From positions 104,260-168,259 of the forward strand of contig JBHLRP010000003.1 of the NCBI GenBank assembly GCA_048882485.1: a stretch of 64,000 nt of DNA, given 5' to 3'. Made by a program: the position numbers and the translations under genes. The DNA is from Candidatus Thorarchaeota archaeon (GTDB taxonomy: Archaea > Asgardarchaeota > Thorarchaeia > Thorarchaeales > Thorarchaeaceae). The stretch's first letter is position 1; every line of letters starts with the position of its first letter. The notes beneath the pieces are model-generated. The model saw only the letters and a program-made list of their open reading frames with translations. It was not told where the DNA came from and did not search any database. Positions 27,822-37,883 of this stretch are shown piece after piece.

Positions 27822-28823
27822 CTATCCTATGAGTCTGACTGATGTCACGGTATCACTGTGTATCGAACGAGCGGGAGTCTTCATGATTCTTAGTACATTG
27901 TTTGCATGCTTCTCCATCTCAACGTCGCGGAGCATGTCAACGAAATCTAGACCGGTTGTCACAGCTAGTCCTTTCAGTGGCTTACCTGCCTTGCAGGATT
28001 CCAAGAGGTCGGTTGCGGAAACAACTTTGCAGCGTAAGCCATCGCCAACATGTTTCTGCAAATGAGAAATCCCTTTTCTTGCGATTCCTTTGCTTTCCCT
28101 TTGTTCAGACGTATAGACCCTTCTTTTTGCGATATTGCGGAGTCTTGCCAAGCCCCCTTCAATGATTTCATCCGATGTTATCGTGGTTCCATAGAGGTGA
28201 CTTACATCCTTCGTTGTTGAGGTCACAAGCCATGCTGTGCCATATGCCGCTTGGTATCGCATGCCCTTTAGAATCTCTGACTCACTAAGAAGTGTAATCG
28301 AACGATACCCCTTGTACTCTACTGAGATTGTCCAATTCAGATCTTTATGCTTCACCATAAGATCCGGAGTCAAGCCCCCTCCAGTAGATGGGACACTTGT
28401 TTCCACATTGGGAAACAGATGAGTGATATAAGCCTCAAATGCTTCATGAAACATGTTGTGCCTTAGATTCCTTGCCTCCTGCGGATGTCGGAGGCCTGCT
28501 TCCTGGTAGAGAACAGGCATCTCCATCTTTTGTCCTGTCTTAAGTCGGACTTCGTTTTTCGTGGTAAGCTTTCCTCGAGCGTGGTTTTGCTGTACAAGAT
28601 GAATTGCTGCGGTTCGTCCAATCAAATGAAACATTGCCTTTCCCAATTCTATCCCTTGGGGCGTTTTCCTTCCTTCCTGCTTTCTCTTGGACTCTTTGTA
28701 TGCCCAGTCTATGACTTCCTGTGCATCGTTGCCAAGTAGGTGGAAGATTGAGCTAAGCTTCTCGCCCAGATTGTATCTCCTTACATACTTCTTCAGTTCT
28801 GGTGCATACTTTATTCTTCCCAA
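27822..28823 (-). CDS. Hypothetical protein with a PD-(D/E)XK restriction-endonuclease-like core
   Basis: FEAY...TPDLMV...ISVEYKG motif. Confidence 0.6.
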   Translation of the reverse strand: MGRIKYAPELKKYVRRYNLGEKLSSIFHLLGNDAQEVIDWAYKESKRKQEGRKTPQGIELGKAMFHLIGRTAAIHLVQQNHARGKLTTKNEVRLKTGQKMEMPVLYQEAGLRHPQEARNLRHNMFHEAFEAYITHLFPNVETSVPSTGGGLTPDLMVKHKDLNWTISVEYKGYRSITLLSESEILKGMRYQAAYGTAWLVTSTTKDVSHLYGTTITSDEIIEGGLARLRNIAKRRVYTSEQRESKGIARKGISHLQKHVGDGLRCKVVSATDLLESCKAGKPLKGLAVTTGLDFVDMLRDVEMEKHANNVLRIMKTPARSIHSDTVTSVRLIG

Positions 28824-28866
28824 GTGTCTACACTCTCAAGGTTAATTGCAGGATTCCTCTCTGGAC

Positions 28867-29499
28867 CTACATTATATCCTTTATCAGCTTGACCTCTTGT
28901 GTTTCGTCATCATAGGAAATAAGCTCGGCATTCCTCAAGTCGTGGATTGCTTTCATGACAGCCGTAGCCATGATTCCTGTACTAGCTTCAATATTCTTCC
29001 TTGTGATAGCAGTCTTGGTATTATGAAGAGTGTATAGGACTCTTGCATGAGGTTTTCCGCCGAAGATGTTTTCAATAAGGATAATATAGATCGCTAGAAG
29101 GTCACTGACATCTACCTTCTCTTGGAGTTTCTCCTTCTCAGCCGATGTTTCACGATACAGTTCTGATACTCGTTCAAGTTTCGTATTGATTTCATCCATC
29201 TCAGCTCGGAGTTCATCACGCTCCTTTCTGAGATCTTCAATCTCCGAGTCTTTTGTCGTGTCCGATTTCAGAGCCTCCAATTCAGACTCTGCATTGTTTG
29301 CTCTTTCCTCAGCTGCCCAGGCCTCTTCTTCAGCTTCTCTCTTTGCAGCACGGAGCTCTTCTGCTTCGCCAGTGTATTTGTCAATGTCTGCGGACAGCGC
29401 TTCATGTTCTTCCAGCAGTTTGGCAATACTATTCCTCAGCTCATCGAAATCCTCGAGTGTCTTCTCTTTATCCAATGACATTGTATCTCCACCAATCAT
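28867..29499 (-). CDS. Coiled-coil protein with a C-terminal winged helix (start probably 29481)
   Basis: Acidic heptad N-terminus; ITRKNIEASTGIMATAVMKAIHDLRNAELISYD winged helix. Confidence 0.8.
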   Translation of the reverse strand: MIGGDTMSLDKEKTLEDFDELRNSIAKLLEEHEALSADIDKYTGEAEELRAAKREAEEEAWAAEERANNAESELEALKSDTTKDSEIEDLRKERDELRAEMDEINTKLERVSELYRETSAEKEKLQEKVDVSDLLAIYIILIENIFGGKPHARVLYTLHNTKTAITRKNIEASTGIMATAVMKAIHDLRNAELISYDDETQEVKLIKDIM

Positions 29500-29631
29500 G
29501 CCTGACTATTCAGTGTCTTATATCAGTTTCACGTCCTAGTCAGTTGCTTTCGTTTGAATCTATATTATACCTCCAGTTTTCAATTGATTTAGTGGCAACT
29601 CAGACGCATTGAAAGCATGCAATTGTTGCTT

Positions 29632-30555
29632 TCATAGAATTGGAATTATGAAGTAACCGACAAGGAGTGTGGATAGCAACGAAGCCGTTACTATGACCCA
29701 AATCCGTCTGCTCCACCGCCATATTGTGCTGCCATCAAATCCTGGAATGGGTATCATGTTGAAAAGACCAAGGAACGAATTAAGCAACATTCCGTAGAAG
29801 ATTATGAAATCAACCGGGTATGCCAATGCTCCTGTGGTGATTGCCAATATCTCTGCAATGATGAAAAGCAGTCCTGCGACAATTAGATTTGATAATGGAC
29901 CTGCAACTGTTGATTTGGCGTAGTCATCAACATCACTTACTCCTCCAACTGCCATTACCCCCGTGCCAAAAATGGGGATAGCAAAAAGGATTGCTACCGC
30001 GGACAGATAGTATCCCTGCATTGTCATGCGGAAATGTGCGTACATCCCATATCTCTGAGCTACAAACTTGTGTGCAAACTCATGAATCATGAATGACAAC
30101 CAAAAGATGGAGATCAGAGCCAATGGATACCACCATAACCCACCCAGGATGAGTCCAGGAAGTCTGATAATTCCATTGAGGATTCCAATTGGTGGCCCTC
30201 CAATGATAGAGATGCTAACCAGAATAGTAAGAACAGTGGCAATCCCAAGATCTCTTACCTCTGTATCTGTGAATCTTCGCTTTCTTGGTTTCCTCACTTT
30301 CACTGGTCGTGGCCGAGCAATTATGTCTTCATCGTAGTCTTCATCATCATACTGCCCTGTGAATGATTCTGTGATTTTCCTCCGAGCATCATCTTTGACC
30401 TTTTGCATTGCAGCGCATCCGTGTCCCTCTGGAAGTCTATGGTCAGCACAATAGATTCCTCTGCAATACGGACATGTAAAAGTCAGGTCTTCTTTGCCGC
30501 ATAAGGAGCAGTTGGCCATAGTTGTTGCCTCTTTGAGTTCTCGATTTCTGCCCAT
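29632..30555 (-). CDS. AN1-type zinc finger fused to an M50 (site-2) intramembrane metalloprotease
   Basis: CSLCGK...FTCPYCRGIYCADHRLPEGHGC (AN1); HEFAH, AGPLSN and FNMIPIPGFDG (M50). Confidence 0.88.
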   Translation of the reverse strand: MGRNRELKEATTMANCSLCGKEDLTFTCPYCRGIYCADHRLPEGHGCAAMQKVKDDARRKITESFTGQYDDEDYDEDIIARPRPVKVRKPRKRRFTDTEVRDLGIATVLTILVSISIIGGPPIGILNGIIRLPGLILGGLWWYPLALISIFWLSFMIHEFAHKFVAQRYGMYAHFRMTMQGYYLSAVAILFAIPIFGTGVMAVGGVSDVDDYAKSTVAGPLSNLIVAGLLFIIAEILAITTGALAYPVDFIIFYGMLLNSFLGLFNMIPIPGFDGSTIWRWSRRIWVIVTASLLSTLLVGYFIIPIL

Positions 30556-30792
30556 ATTGGCTTTCTTAAGAGTATTCTTAGTGGAAGCCTGCTGGCCTTT
30601 TTTGTGCGGGAAGAGCGGCTTTTTCTAAAGTTATTAAGAAATTCGTGCATATTAGTAAAGGTTCATATACTTTCTAATGTAATTTTCCAACAAACGCTTG
30701 AATTCTAGGCTTGTCAAGAGAGACTGCGGCCTGTATTTGAGATGGCCTCGCATGAAGCCTAGTGTCCTGGAAAGCGGGAGGAAACAAGTTTA

Positions 30793-31224
30793 ATGATTGA
30801 CGATGACGAATTTCAGAAGATTTTCCGTAGAATGATAGAGCAGTTCTTCGGCACCTTTGGGATGCAGCCCGGAGGAAGCGGGATAGACGGATTGTGGGAC
30901 AGTCCTTCGGAAGAATTGGATGAGGTGCAATTCGATATGCCTCATGAAGGTGCCAGAGTTGAAAGGATAGACCTTGGAGACACAGTCATCCTTGTTATGG
31001 ACAACTGTGCTATGGAAGAGGGTCTCCAAGTGACAGTCAAGGGGAGAGTCGCTACACTTTCCTACAGCCCTGATAACCTATTCCAGACATTTGAAACTCC
31101 CTTTGCCATTGATGCCAATCGTTCCTATGTTTCGTGCCGCAATGGGGTTGCTGAGATACGTCTGGAGAAGGATGAGAATAATAAAGAATCTGATGAAATA
31201 GAGAGATTGCTGAGATTTGAATAG
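30793..31224 (+). CDS. Hsp20/alpha-crystallin-like small heat-shock protein (divergent)
   Basis: SCRNGVAEIRLEK matches the sHSP C-terminal motif; lies directly upstream of cdc48. Confidence 0.7.
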   Translation: MIDDDEFQKIFRRMIEQFFGTFGMQPGGSGIDGLWDSPSEELDEVQFDMPHEGARVERIDLGDTVILVMDNCAMEEGLQVTVKGRVATLSYSPDNLFQTFETPFAIDANRSYVSCRNGVAEIRLEKDENNKESDEIERLLRFE

Positions 31225-31237
31225 AGGGTGTGTTTGA

Positions 31238-33466
31238 ATGGCAGAAAGTTCAGATAATTCGACTAGATTGAAGGTCGCGGCAGCAATGCCGAAGGATCAA
31301 GGTCGTGGGATAGTACGGTTGAACACTGAAGTACGTGACCTTCTCCAAGTCCGGGCAGGAGATTACGTTTTGCTTAAGGGGACCAAGGAGACCGTTGCAG
31401 TATGTTGGCCAAGCCTCAAGGAGGATGAAGTGCTTGATATGGTCCGAATGGATGGTTTCATTCGTGCAAATGCAGGAGTGAAGCTTGGGGAAATGGTAGA
31501 AGTTGGGACAACAAATGTTCCTGACGCAACTAGGGTTGTTCTAGCGCCAAGTCAGCCCGTAAGATTCCAGCCGGGCTTTGAGGACTACATAAAGCAACAA
31601 ATAATGAACCGGCCTATGACAAGAGGAGATATCATCCTAATAGCATCGATAGGACAAGGTCTTCAGTTCACCGCGACGTCTGTGGGTCCAAGCAAGCATG
31701 TTAGAGTTACTGCATCAACTAAGCTGGAGGTTCTCACTCGACCTGCAAAACCTGAGGAGATTTCAATCCCGCAGGTCACCTACGAAGACATAGGTGGTCT
31801 GAGCAAGGAGATACAGAAGATCCGAGAAATGGTTGAGCTCCCAATAAAATCCCCCGAGCTCTTCAGACGTCTCGGAATATCCCCACCAAAAGGTGTTTTG
31901 CTCCATGGGCCACCTGGAACAGGTAAGACGCTTATTGCGAAGGCAGTGGCTAATGAATCAGGTGCGAATTTCAAGACAATTAATGGACCAGAGATAATGT
32001 CCAAATTCTATGGAGAATCTGAACAGAAATTGAGAGAAGCCTTTGAGGAAGCTGAGAAGAACGCCCCTAGCATTATCTTCATTGACGAACTCGACAGTAT
32101 TGCACCAAAGAGGGCTGAAGTTACGGGAGAAGTTGAGAGAAGGGTCGTTGCCCAACTACTTGCGCTGATGGATGGACTAGCGGGCAGAGGACAAGTGATA
32201 GTAATTGGAGCAACAAACCGGGTAGATGATGTTGATGAGGCTCTCCGAAGACCGGGTCGGTTTGACCGCGAGATTGAGATTGGCGTGCCTGATCGACAGG
32301 GCCGTCTTGAGATACTTCAGATTCATACCAGATCCATGCCTCTCGAGGAAGATCTTAATCTTCAAAGGTTGGCTTCTGTCACTCATGGATTCGTTGGTGC
32401 GGACCTGGCGGCTCTAGCTAGAGAAGCCGCGATGGAAGCACTCCGCAGAGCGCTGCCTCATGTAGATCCTGAAACTGGAGATATTCCTCCAGATGTGCTT
32501 CGTGATCTCTTTGTGACACAGAATGATTTCGATATTGCACTCTCCGGTATCTCACCTTCTGCTCTGAGGGAGGTGCTTGTGGAAAAACCCAATGTACAAT
32601 GGGAAGATATTGGCGGACTGGAAAATGCGAAAAAGGCGCTATTGGAGTCCGTAGAAGGTCCTCTCAAGTATCCGGATGTTTTCACAGAAATGAAGATTAG
32701 GACCCCCAAAGGGATTCTTCTCTATGGCCCGCCAGGCACTGGAAAGACTCTACTCGCTAAGGCAGTCGCCACTACGAGTGAGGCTAACTTCATCTCAATA
32801 AAGGGACCTGAGATATTTAACAAATATGTGGGAGAATCAGAAAAAGCTGTGAGAGAGATATTCAAGAAAGCTAGACAGGTTGCTCCATGTGTAATCTTCT
32901 TTGATGAGATAGATGCGCTGCTCAGTCAGCGTGGGCGGCAAGATGAAACTGGAGTGACACAGAGGATTGTGAACCAGTTCCTAGCTGAGGTTGATGGGCT
33001 TCAGACTCTGCAGAATGTGCTTGTCATCGGCGCTACGAATCGCCCAGATATTATGGATCCAGCAATGCTTCGTCCTGGTCGATTCGATATCCTGTTGCAT
33101 GTCGAAGCACCTGACAAGGGTGCGAGATTGGAAATACTCAAGGTGCACACAGTTGCAAGGGGCATTCCGGGTTCGGAGAACCTCGATTTGGAGAAACTTG
33201 CAGAAAAGACAGCCAACTTCTCTGGAGCTGACATTGAAGGCCTAGTAAGAGTCGCAGTGATGATTGCTGTCACTGAGGGTTCAACACCAACAAATATCCA
33301 GATGAAGGCCAGGAAAATTGAAATGAAGCATTTCGAAGAAGCTCTGAAGACAGTGCGGCCAACTTTGACACCAAAAGTGTTGGAATACTATGACAAGATT
33401 TCTGCGGCTCTAGAAGGCCGCCAAATTGAGCCAGATAGACCGACGCGGTCTGACCTATATGTATAA
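31238..33466 (+). CDS. cdc48: Cdc48/VCP/p97 AAA+ ATPase
   Basis: N domain plus two AAA modules (GPPGTGKT twice; IIFIDE and VIFFDE; RPGRFD twice) and a C-terminal LYV HbYX motif. Confidence 0.96.
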   Translation: MAESSDNSTRLKVAAAMPKDQGRGIVRLNTEVRDLLQVRAGDYVLLKGTKETVAVCWPSLKEDEVLDMVRMDGFIRANAGVKLGEMVEVGTTNVPDATRVVLAPSQPVRFQPGFEDYIKQQIMNRPMTRGDIILIASIGQGLQFTATSVGPSKHVRVTASTKLEVLTRPAKPEEISIPQVTYEDIGGLSKEIQKIREMVELPIKSPELFRRLGISPPKGVLLHGPPGTGKTLIAKAVANESGANFKTINGPEIMSKFYGESEQKLREAFEEAEKNAPSIIFIDELDSIAPKRAEVTGEVERRVVAQLLALMDGLAGRGQVIVIGATNRVDDVDEALRRPGRFDREIEIGVPDRQGRLEILQIHTRSMPLEEDLNLQRLASVTHGFVGADLAALAREAAMEALRRALPHVDPETGDIPPDVLRDLFVTQNDFDIALSGISPSALREVLVEKPNVQWEDIGGLENAKKALLESVEGPLKYPDVFTEMKIRTPKGILLYGPPGTGKTLLAKAVATTSEANFISIKGPEIFNKYVGESEKAVREIFKKARQVAPCVIFFDEIDALLSQRGRQDETGVTQRIVNQFLAEVDGLQTLQNVLVIGATNRPDIMDPAMLRPGRFDILLHVEAPDKGARLEILKVHTVARGIPGSENLDLEKLAEKTANFSGADIEGLVRVAVMIAVTEGSTPTNIQMKARKIEMKHFEEALKTVRPTLTPKVLEYYDKISAALEGRQIEPDRPTRSDLYV

Positions 33467-33478
33467 TCCATCAAATCG

Positions 33479-33501
33479 GAGGGTCATCCACCCTGACTCT
33501 C
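33479..33501 (+). terminator. Short hairpin downstream of cdc48; possible terminator
   Basis: GAGGGTCA-N7-TGACTCTC followed by a pyrimidine-rich tract. Confidence 0.3.
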
Positions 33502-33569
33502 TCCCATTTCCTTAGGGTCGCAACACTTTTGGCATCCATATTACACAACACATTGTTGAGTGACTTACA

Positions 33570-36062
33570 ATGGGGCAACGTTGGATAGTAAATCTATGCC
33601 CATTTCTGCATTTTGACAACTCAAGAGTGCAGACGTATGAACATAACGTCAGCATTGTTTCTTGGAATGTCAAAAGCATTCTGGACTATCTTGAAGTGAA
33701 TCCAAGTCACAAATTCTGTGTGGACCAAGTGACACTTCTTGAGGGGTTCAAGCGACTATTTCCCAACTACTGGGACTCCCTTCATCAAAGGGTTTTGGAG
33801 GGGAGGATTGAGATTGTGGGTGGCATGTATGTGATGCCTGACCTCATCATCCCTGATGGAGAATCCATAGTTCGCCAATTTATGTTTGGCACTCGCTTCG
33901 TCAGAGAGGAACTAGGAGTTGAAGTGAAGACGGGGTGGGCAATAGATTCCTCGGGGCACTGCTCTCAAATGCCCCAAATTCTACGGCAATGTGGGATTGA
34001 TTCGTATGTGTTTTGGAGGGGGATGCCATATGATTCGCCGACTGAGTTTGTGTGGAAAGGACCTGATGGCAGTCGGGTGAATGCTGTGTGGCTTTCAAAT
34101 GGTTATGACAGCTCCGCATGGCTATCAGAGAATCTTAGAGAAGCTTACAGTAATCTACTCAAAGTTGCAGAATTGGCTGGAGCAAAGGCGTCCTCCCAGA
34201 ATGTGCTTGTGCCTGTTGGCGGCGAGCTTGTGCCTCCGCTACCACATTTAGCTGACATTGTTTCCCACTGGAATGAATCTTTTCCAGACATGCGAATGTC
34301 GATTGTAACTCCAAGGGAGTTCACTGAGAAAATCAAAGCAGTACAAGCCTCTCTACCCATGATGTCTGGAGAATTGGCATCTGGCCGTTTCTCATCTGCG
34401 AGATCTGGAGGTTTGAGTGCCAGAGTGAAGCTGAAGCAGATGAATCGCCAGCTAGAATCTATGCTTTATCTCACCGAGCTGCATCTATCATATACCGGTG
34501 ATTTGAGCAATACAAGGGTGTTGGAGAACCTCTGGCTAATACTTCTTTTCAATCAAGATCACAATATCATTAGAGGCACCATTGCCGATGAGCCCTATCA
34601 ATTCGCTGAGCGGAGATTCAAGCAAGCGCTAGACCAGGCTGGCGAGATTCTTGAAGATGCCATAAGTGGTGTTGCATCTCAAATCTCGGTTGATCCCTCC
34701 AAGGCATCATTTGTAATATTCAATCCTCTTCCTTGGCGCCGGAGTGATTTGACTCGACTTTCCATAGATCTATCTAAGATCCACACGCCCTTCTTTCGAA
34801 TTCATGATTCAAATGGAAACAGTGTTCCGTATCAGGTAGTTGGGGACATCGCCGAGGGAAGCCCCGCAGATGTCCTTATTCTTGCATCAGATATGCCAAG
34901 TCTTGGATATAGAGTCTACACTATTGAGCCCTCAGAGAAGCCTCTCGAATTTGAGTCTTCTTTACGCACAGGGAACAATTGGATAGAGTCGGATGATTTC
35001 ATCGTCGAATTTGATGATTTCAGTGGTGCGATGACAAGAGTGTTTGACAAACGCAATCAGTTTGAAGCTCTGCGCGGCCCCGGCAATTATCTAACAATGG
35101 AAAGTGATGTTGGAGACCTCTACAGATACGCAAGATCCACGCTTTCAGATGAGGAATCTGATCTCACAACATTGCGGCACTCAGGCAAACTTTCAGTCGT
35201 TGAGTCAGGTCCGCTTCGAGCCACAGTAATAGTTGAGGGAGATTTCAAGGATTCTAAGAGAGTCCAAAGGGTTGTCTTGTACGAGGATCTCCATAGAATC
35301 GACCTTGAAACAGAACTGAATTTCAATGGCCATGGCAAGCGTGTCAGAGTCAACTTCCCTCTTACAGTACTTGCAGACAATGTGGTAGTCGGCTCTCAAT
35401 TTGGTGCAGAGTCTAAGACCGCCACTCCGAATGATCCTCAGGAATGGGCTGATGCCAACCAGGGGCTCTTTTCTGGCCTTGATTGGGTGGATTGCTCTGG
35501 ACCAGAGTTTGGCATAGGGTTATCAGCATTTGGCCTTCATGAGTTTCACTTCCGAGATGGAATGCTCAGTGTAACTCTCCTGCGAAGTGTGGAACAGCTA
35601 TCACATGGGCGACATGATGATGTTCTTCAGTCAAAGACTGCAAATGAGAAAGGCGAACATTCATTTCGGATGTCTATTATTCCACACAAGGGAACCTGGA
35701 AACAGGCTTCAGTGTGGAAAACAGCTGCTGAGCACAGATTACCGCTAATTGGCTATCCGCTAGAAACTTCCGGCGGAACGCTGCCTCTTGAGAATTCATT
35801 TCTGAAAATTGAGGGAATGGAACTTGGTCTCTCCTGTTTCAAGATTGGTACTTCTGAACATGAGTTCATTATTCGACTCTATGAAATGGCGGGCGAAAAA
35901 GGAAGCGCAACTCTTGAATTTCCCTTTGGAGTATCCAGGGTCAGCCTGGTAGATCTCCGTGAGAATGTCATTGGAGACCTGCCAACATCTGGTTCAACTG
36001 CAACAATTCCAGTTGATGCTCACTCGATAATCACTCTCAGAGTTACCAAAGCATCTCGCTAG
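33570..36062 (+). CDS. GH38 alpha-mannosidase-like protein, no signal peptide
   Basis: HFD, GRIEIVGGMYVMPD..IPDGES..RQ, GWAIDSSGH (nucleophile Asp), EFVWKGPDGS, FNPLPWRR and IIRLYE motifs. Confidence 0.9.
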   Translation: MGQRWIVNLCPFLHFDNSRVQTYEHNVSIVSWNVKSILDYLEVNPSHKFCVDQVTLLEGFKRLFPNYWDSLHQRVLEGRIEIVGGMYVMPDLIIPDGESIVRQFMFGTRFVREELGVEVKTGWAIDSSGHCSQMPQILRQCGIDSYVFWRGMPYDSPTEFVWKGPDGSRVNAVWLSNGYDSSAWLSENLREAYSNLLKVAELAGAKASSQNVLVPVGGELVPPLPHLADIVSHWNESFPDMRMSIVTPREFTEKIKAVQASLPMMSGELASGRFSSARSGGLSARVKLKQMNRQLESMLYLTELHLSYTGDLSNTRVLENLWLILLFNQDHNIIRGTIADEPYQFAERRFKQALDQAGEILEDAISGVASQISVDPSKASFVIFNPLPWRRSDLTRLSIDLSKIHTPFFRIHDSNGNSVPYQVVGDIAEGSPADVLILASDMPSLGYRVYTIEPSEKPLEFESSLRTGNNWIESDDFIVEFDDFSGAMTRVFDKRNQFEALRGPGNYLTMESDVGDLYRYARSTLSDEESDLTTLRHSGKLSVVESGPLRATVIVEGDFKDSKRVQRVVLYEDLHRIDLETELNFNGHGKRVRVNFPLTVLADNVVVGSQFGAESKTATPNDPQEWADANQGLFSGLDWVDCSGPEFGIGLSAFGLHEFHFRDGMLSVTLLRSVEQLSHGRHDDVLQSKTANEKGEHSFRMSIIPHKGTWKQASVWKTAAEHRLPLIGYPLETSGGTLPLENSFLKIEGMELGLSCFKIGTSEHEFIIRLYEMAGEKGSATLEFPFGVSRVSLVDLRENVIGDLPTSGSTATIPVDAHSIITLRVTKASR

Positions 36063-36132
36063 ACTATCACATACATTCAAGATGTGCCAAGAAATTGAAA
36101 AGCACAACATTTTTAGTGAATTGGCCGAATGC

Positions 36133-36393
36133 CTACTCTTCTAGCAGCCTGTTGATTTCTTCTACTTTTCTCTCCAGCGCTGACAATCTCTCTCCCACGT
36201 TCTCCATCTTTGCCCTCATCTCCGCTCCCATTTCTCCCCCCGGATCTTGTTTCATTATGCTTCCAGTGAGGACAAGGGCCAAAATGATGAGAATGATGGA
36301 AAATCCAGCGTAATCCCTGAAATAGCCAAGGATACCACTGATGATCGCGGTTCCTATCCAGATGCCAACTATCGCTGTTCCTCTAGAATCCAT
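36133..36393 (-). CDS. Small two-TM membrane protein with a C-terminal coiled coil
   Basis: Two hydrophobic segments; overlaps the ArsR gene stop. Confidence 0.75.
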   Translation of the reverse strand: MDSRGTAIVGIWIGTAIISGILGYFRDYAGFSIILIILALVLTGSIMKQDPGGEMGAEMRAKMENVGERLSALERKVEEINRLLEE

Positions 36394-36691
36394 TCATATC
36401 TTTCCTCTTTTTCAATTCAATAGGCGATATTTCGATGTGGAAATCCTTCAGCCTGTAGTATCTGAGGGCTCTTGCCTCGTCTTCTAGAAGTACTATCCTT
36501 GTTTCGACTAGGCCTGCTTTGTAGAGTTTGTTCAGGTGTACCTTGGCGAGTGCTCTGCTTATGCCGACCTCCTTAGCTAACTCGCTGAGATATTTCTCGC
36601 CATCAACTAGGGAGGTGAGTATCTTGAGTCGATACTCATGTCCCAACGCTTTTAGCTTCTCTATGAGGTCTGCGTATTCCACATTCTTCAC
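36383..36691 (-). CDS. ArsR/SmtB-family transcriptional regulator
   Basis: KALGHEYRLKIL..L...YLSELAKEVGISRALAKVHLNKL..AGLV. Confidence 0.9.
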   Translation of the reverse strand: MKNVEYADLIEKLKALGHEYRLKILTSLVDGEKYLSELAKEVGISRALAKVHLNKLYKAGLVETRIVLLEDEARALRYYRLKDFHIEISPIELKKRKDMNGF

Positions 36692-36696
36692 CTATG

Positions 36697-36721
36697 ATTA
36701 CATGTAATAAAATTATTACAT
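36697..36721. promoter_or_regulatory. Palindromic operator upstream of the ArsR operon
   Basis: Perfect inverted repeat ATGTAATAA-AA-TTATTACAT (36702-36721), overlapping a second palindrome ATTACATGTAAT (36697-36708). Confidence 0.7.
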
Positions 36722-36997
36722 ATAAGTATTTCTGACCTATCTACGAATCCTTTCTTCAAAGCAACAGCAGCCCTCCAAATTGGTCACCATCTTCAGAATC
36801 TAAATCTTGATAAAAAATGGAGCAGAGGAATCGCTTCGGATTTTGAAAATCTCGATACAATCAAGATAGCCTTTTGAAGCCATGAAAACAGGGTCATAGG
36901 ACAAAGACATTAGTGAGGTCTGACATTGAGCGATTTCTATCCTATCTCGCCATTGGTTGGCATCACCAATACAAGCTATGCGGCACAAGCAGGAGTC

Positions 36998-37792
36998 ATG
37001 GATGAGAAGTGGGCATGCCGTGTGGTCAGAGGCAAGAAGATTCTAGTCGAGAAGACTATTCATGACTTAGATTTGGAATCCTATGTGGGAGTAATCTATG
37101 GCCACATAAGACTTGAAGGCCTCAGCAGACATGCGGTGGCTCAATGCGCCGGCCGACTAATGCAGTTTTCGAGGAAATATCAGACTGCAGGTGTGTGTCC
37201 CAACTATGAGATTCCTGACCTTGTATATGATAATGGCAGTTCCCCCACAGCTCCTTCTGAGGGGGAATCTGAGATTAAAGCCGAGCCTTCTACAAGTATT
37301 GATGATATCTCTCTCACTGGCGTAGGTGCCATACCCAAGCTGGAGTCCCTGAACAGTACCGATCTCTGGAAACACGCAATCCAATCTTACGGCGTGATGT
37401 TGTCAGAATTGGCAACATATGGCGGAAATCTTCCCTCGGGCCATCTTGAGGTCATGTTTGAGAATGTAGCAAACGAATTGGTTAGAATGTGGAGCGCAAC
37501 TGGTGATGGAATTGACGTTCTTTCTGGTTTTGGAAATATGATCCTCAGTTGCTCGAAAGAAGCTCAGCTCCCTGCAGCTCCAGTACACCAAATGAAGATA
37601 GAAACAGGACGTTGCGAACTTTTGGCAATGGCAAGACAGATTGATCCTGATGGGAGGAAACTTCCGGCGGGCTATCCATGCGCATTCCATGAAAAGGTTG
37701 CAGAGAAAGTTGGCAAACTTATCGGAGCCAAAATAGAAATCAATACCTCTTCAACGGGATGCATTGTTCAAATCGCTCTAGACCTCGGCTAG
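36998..37792 (+). CDS. Hypothetical protein with a C-terminal V4R/MetOD-like Cys motif
   Basis: AGGAG precedes the ATG at 36998; GRCELL...YPCAFH...GCIV Cys pattern. Confidence 0.6.
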   Translation: MDEKWACRVVRGKKILVEKTIHDLDLESYVGVIYGHIRLEGLSRHAVAQCAGRLMQFSRKYQTAGVCPNYEIPDLVYDNGSSPTAPSEGESEIKAEPSTSIDDISLTGVGAIPKLESLNSTDLWKHAIQSYGVMLSELATYGGNLPSGHLEVMFENVANELVRMWSATGDGIDVLSGFGNMILSCSKEAQLPAAPVHQMKIETGRCELLAMARQIDPDGRKLPAGYPCAFHEKVAEKVGKLIGAKIEINTSSTGCIVQIALDLG

Positions 37793-37883
37793 AATATCGC
37801 CGACAATCTTAAAACGCTCCTAACTTCTGAAGTAGAATTAGACGAGACCGCGTGGTAAGAGTCTCGATTAGGAGCTAAATCAA

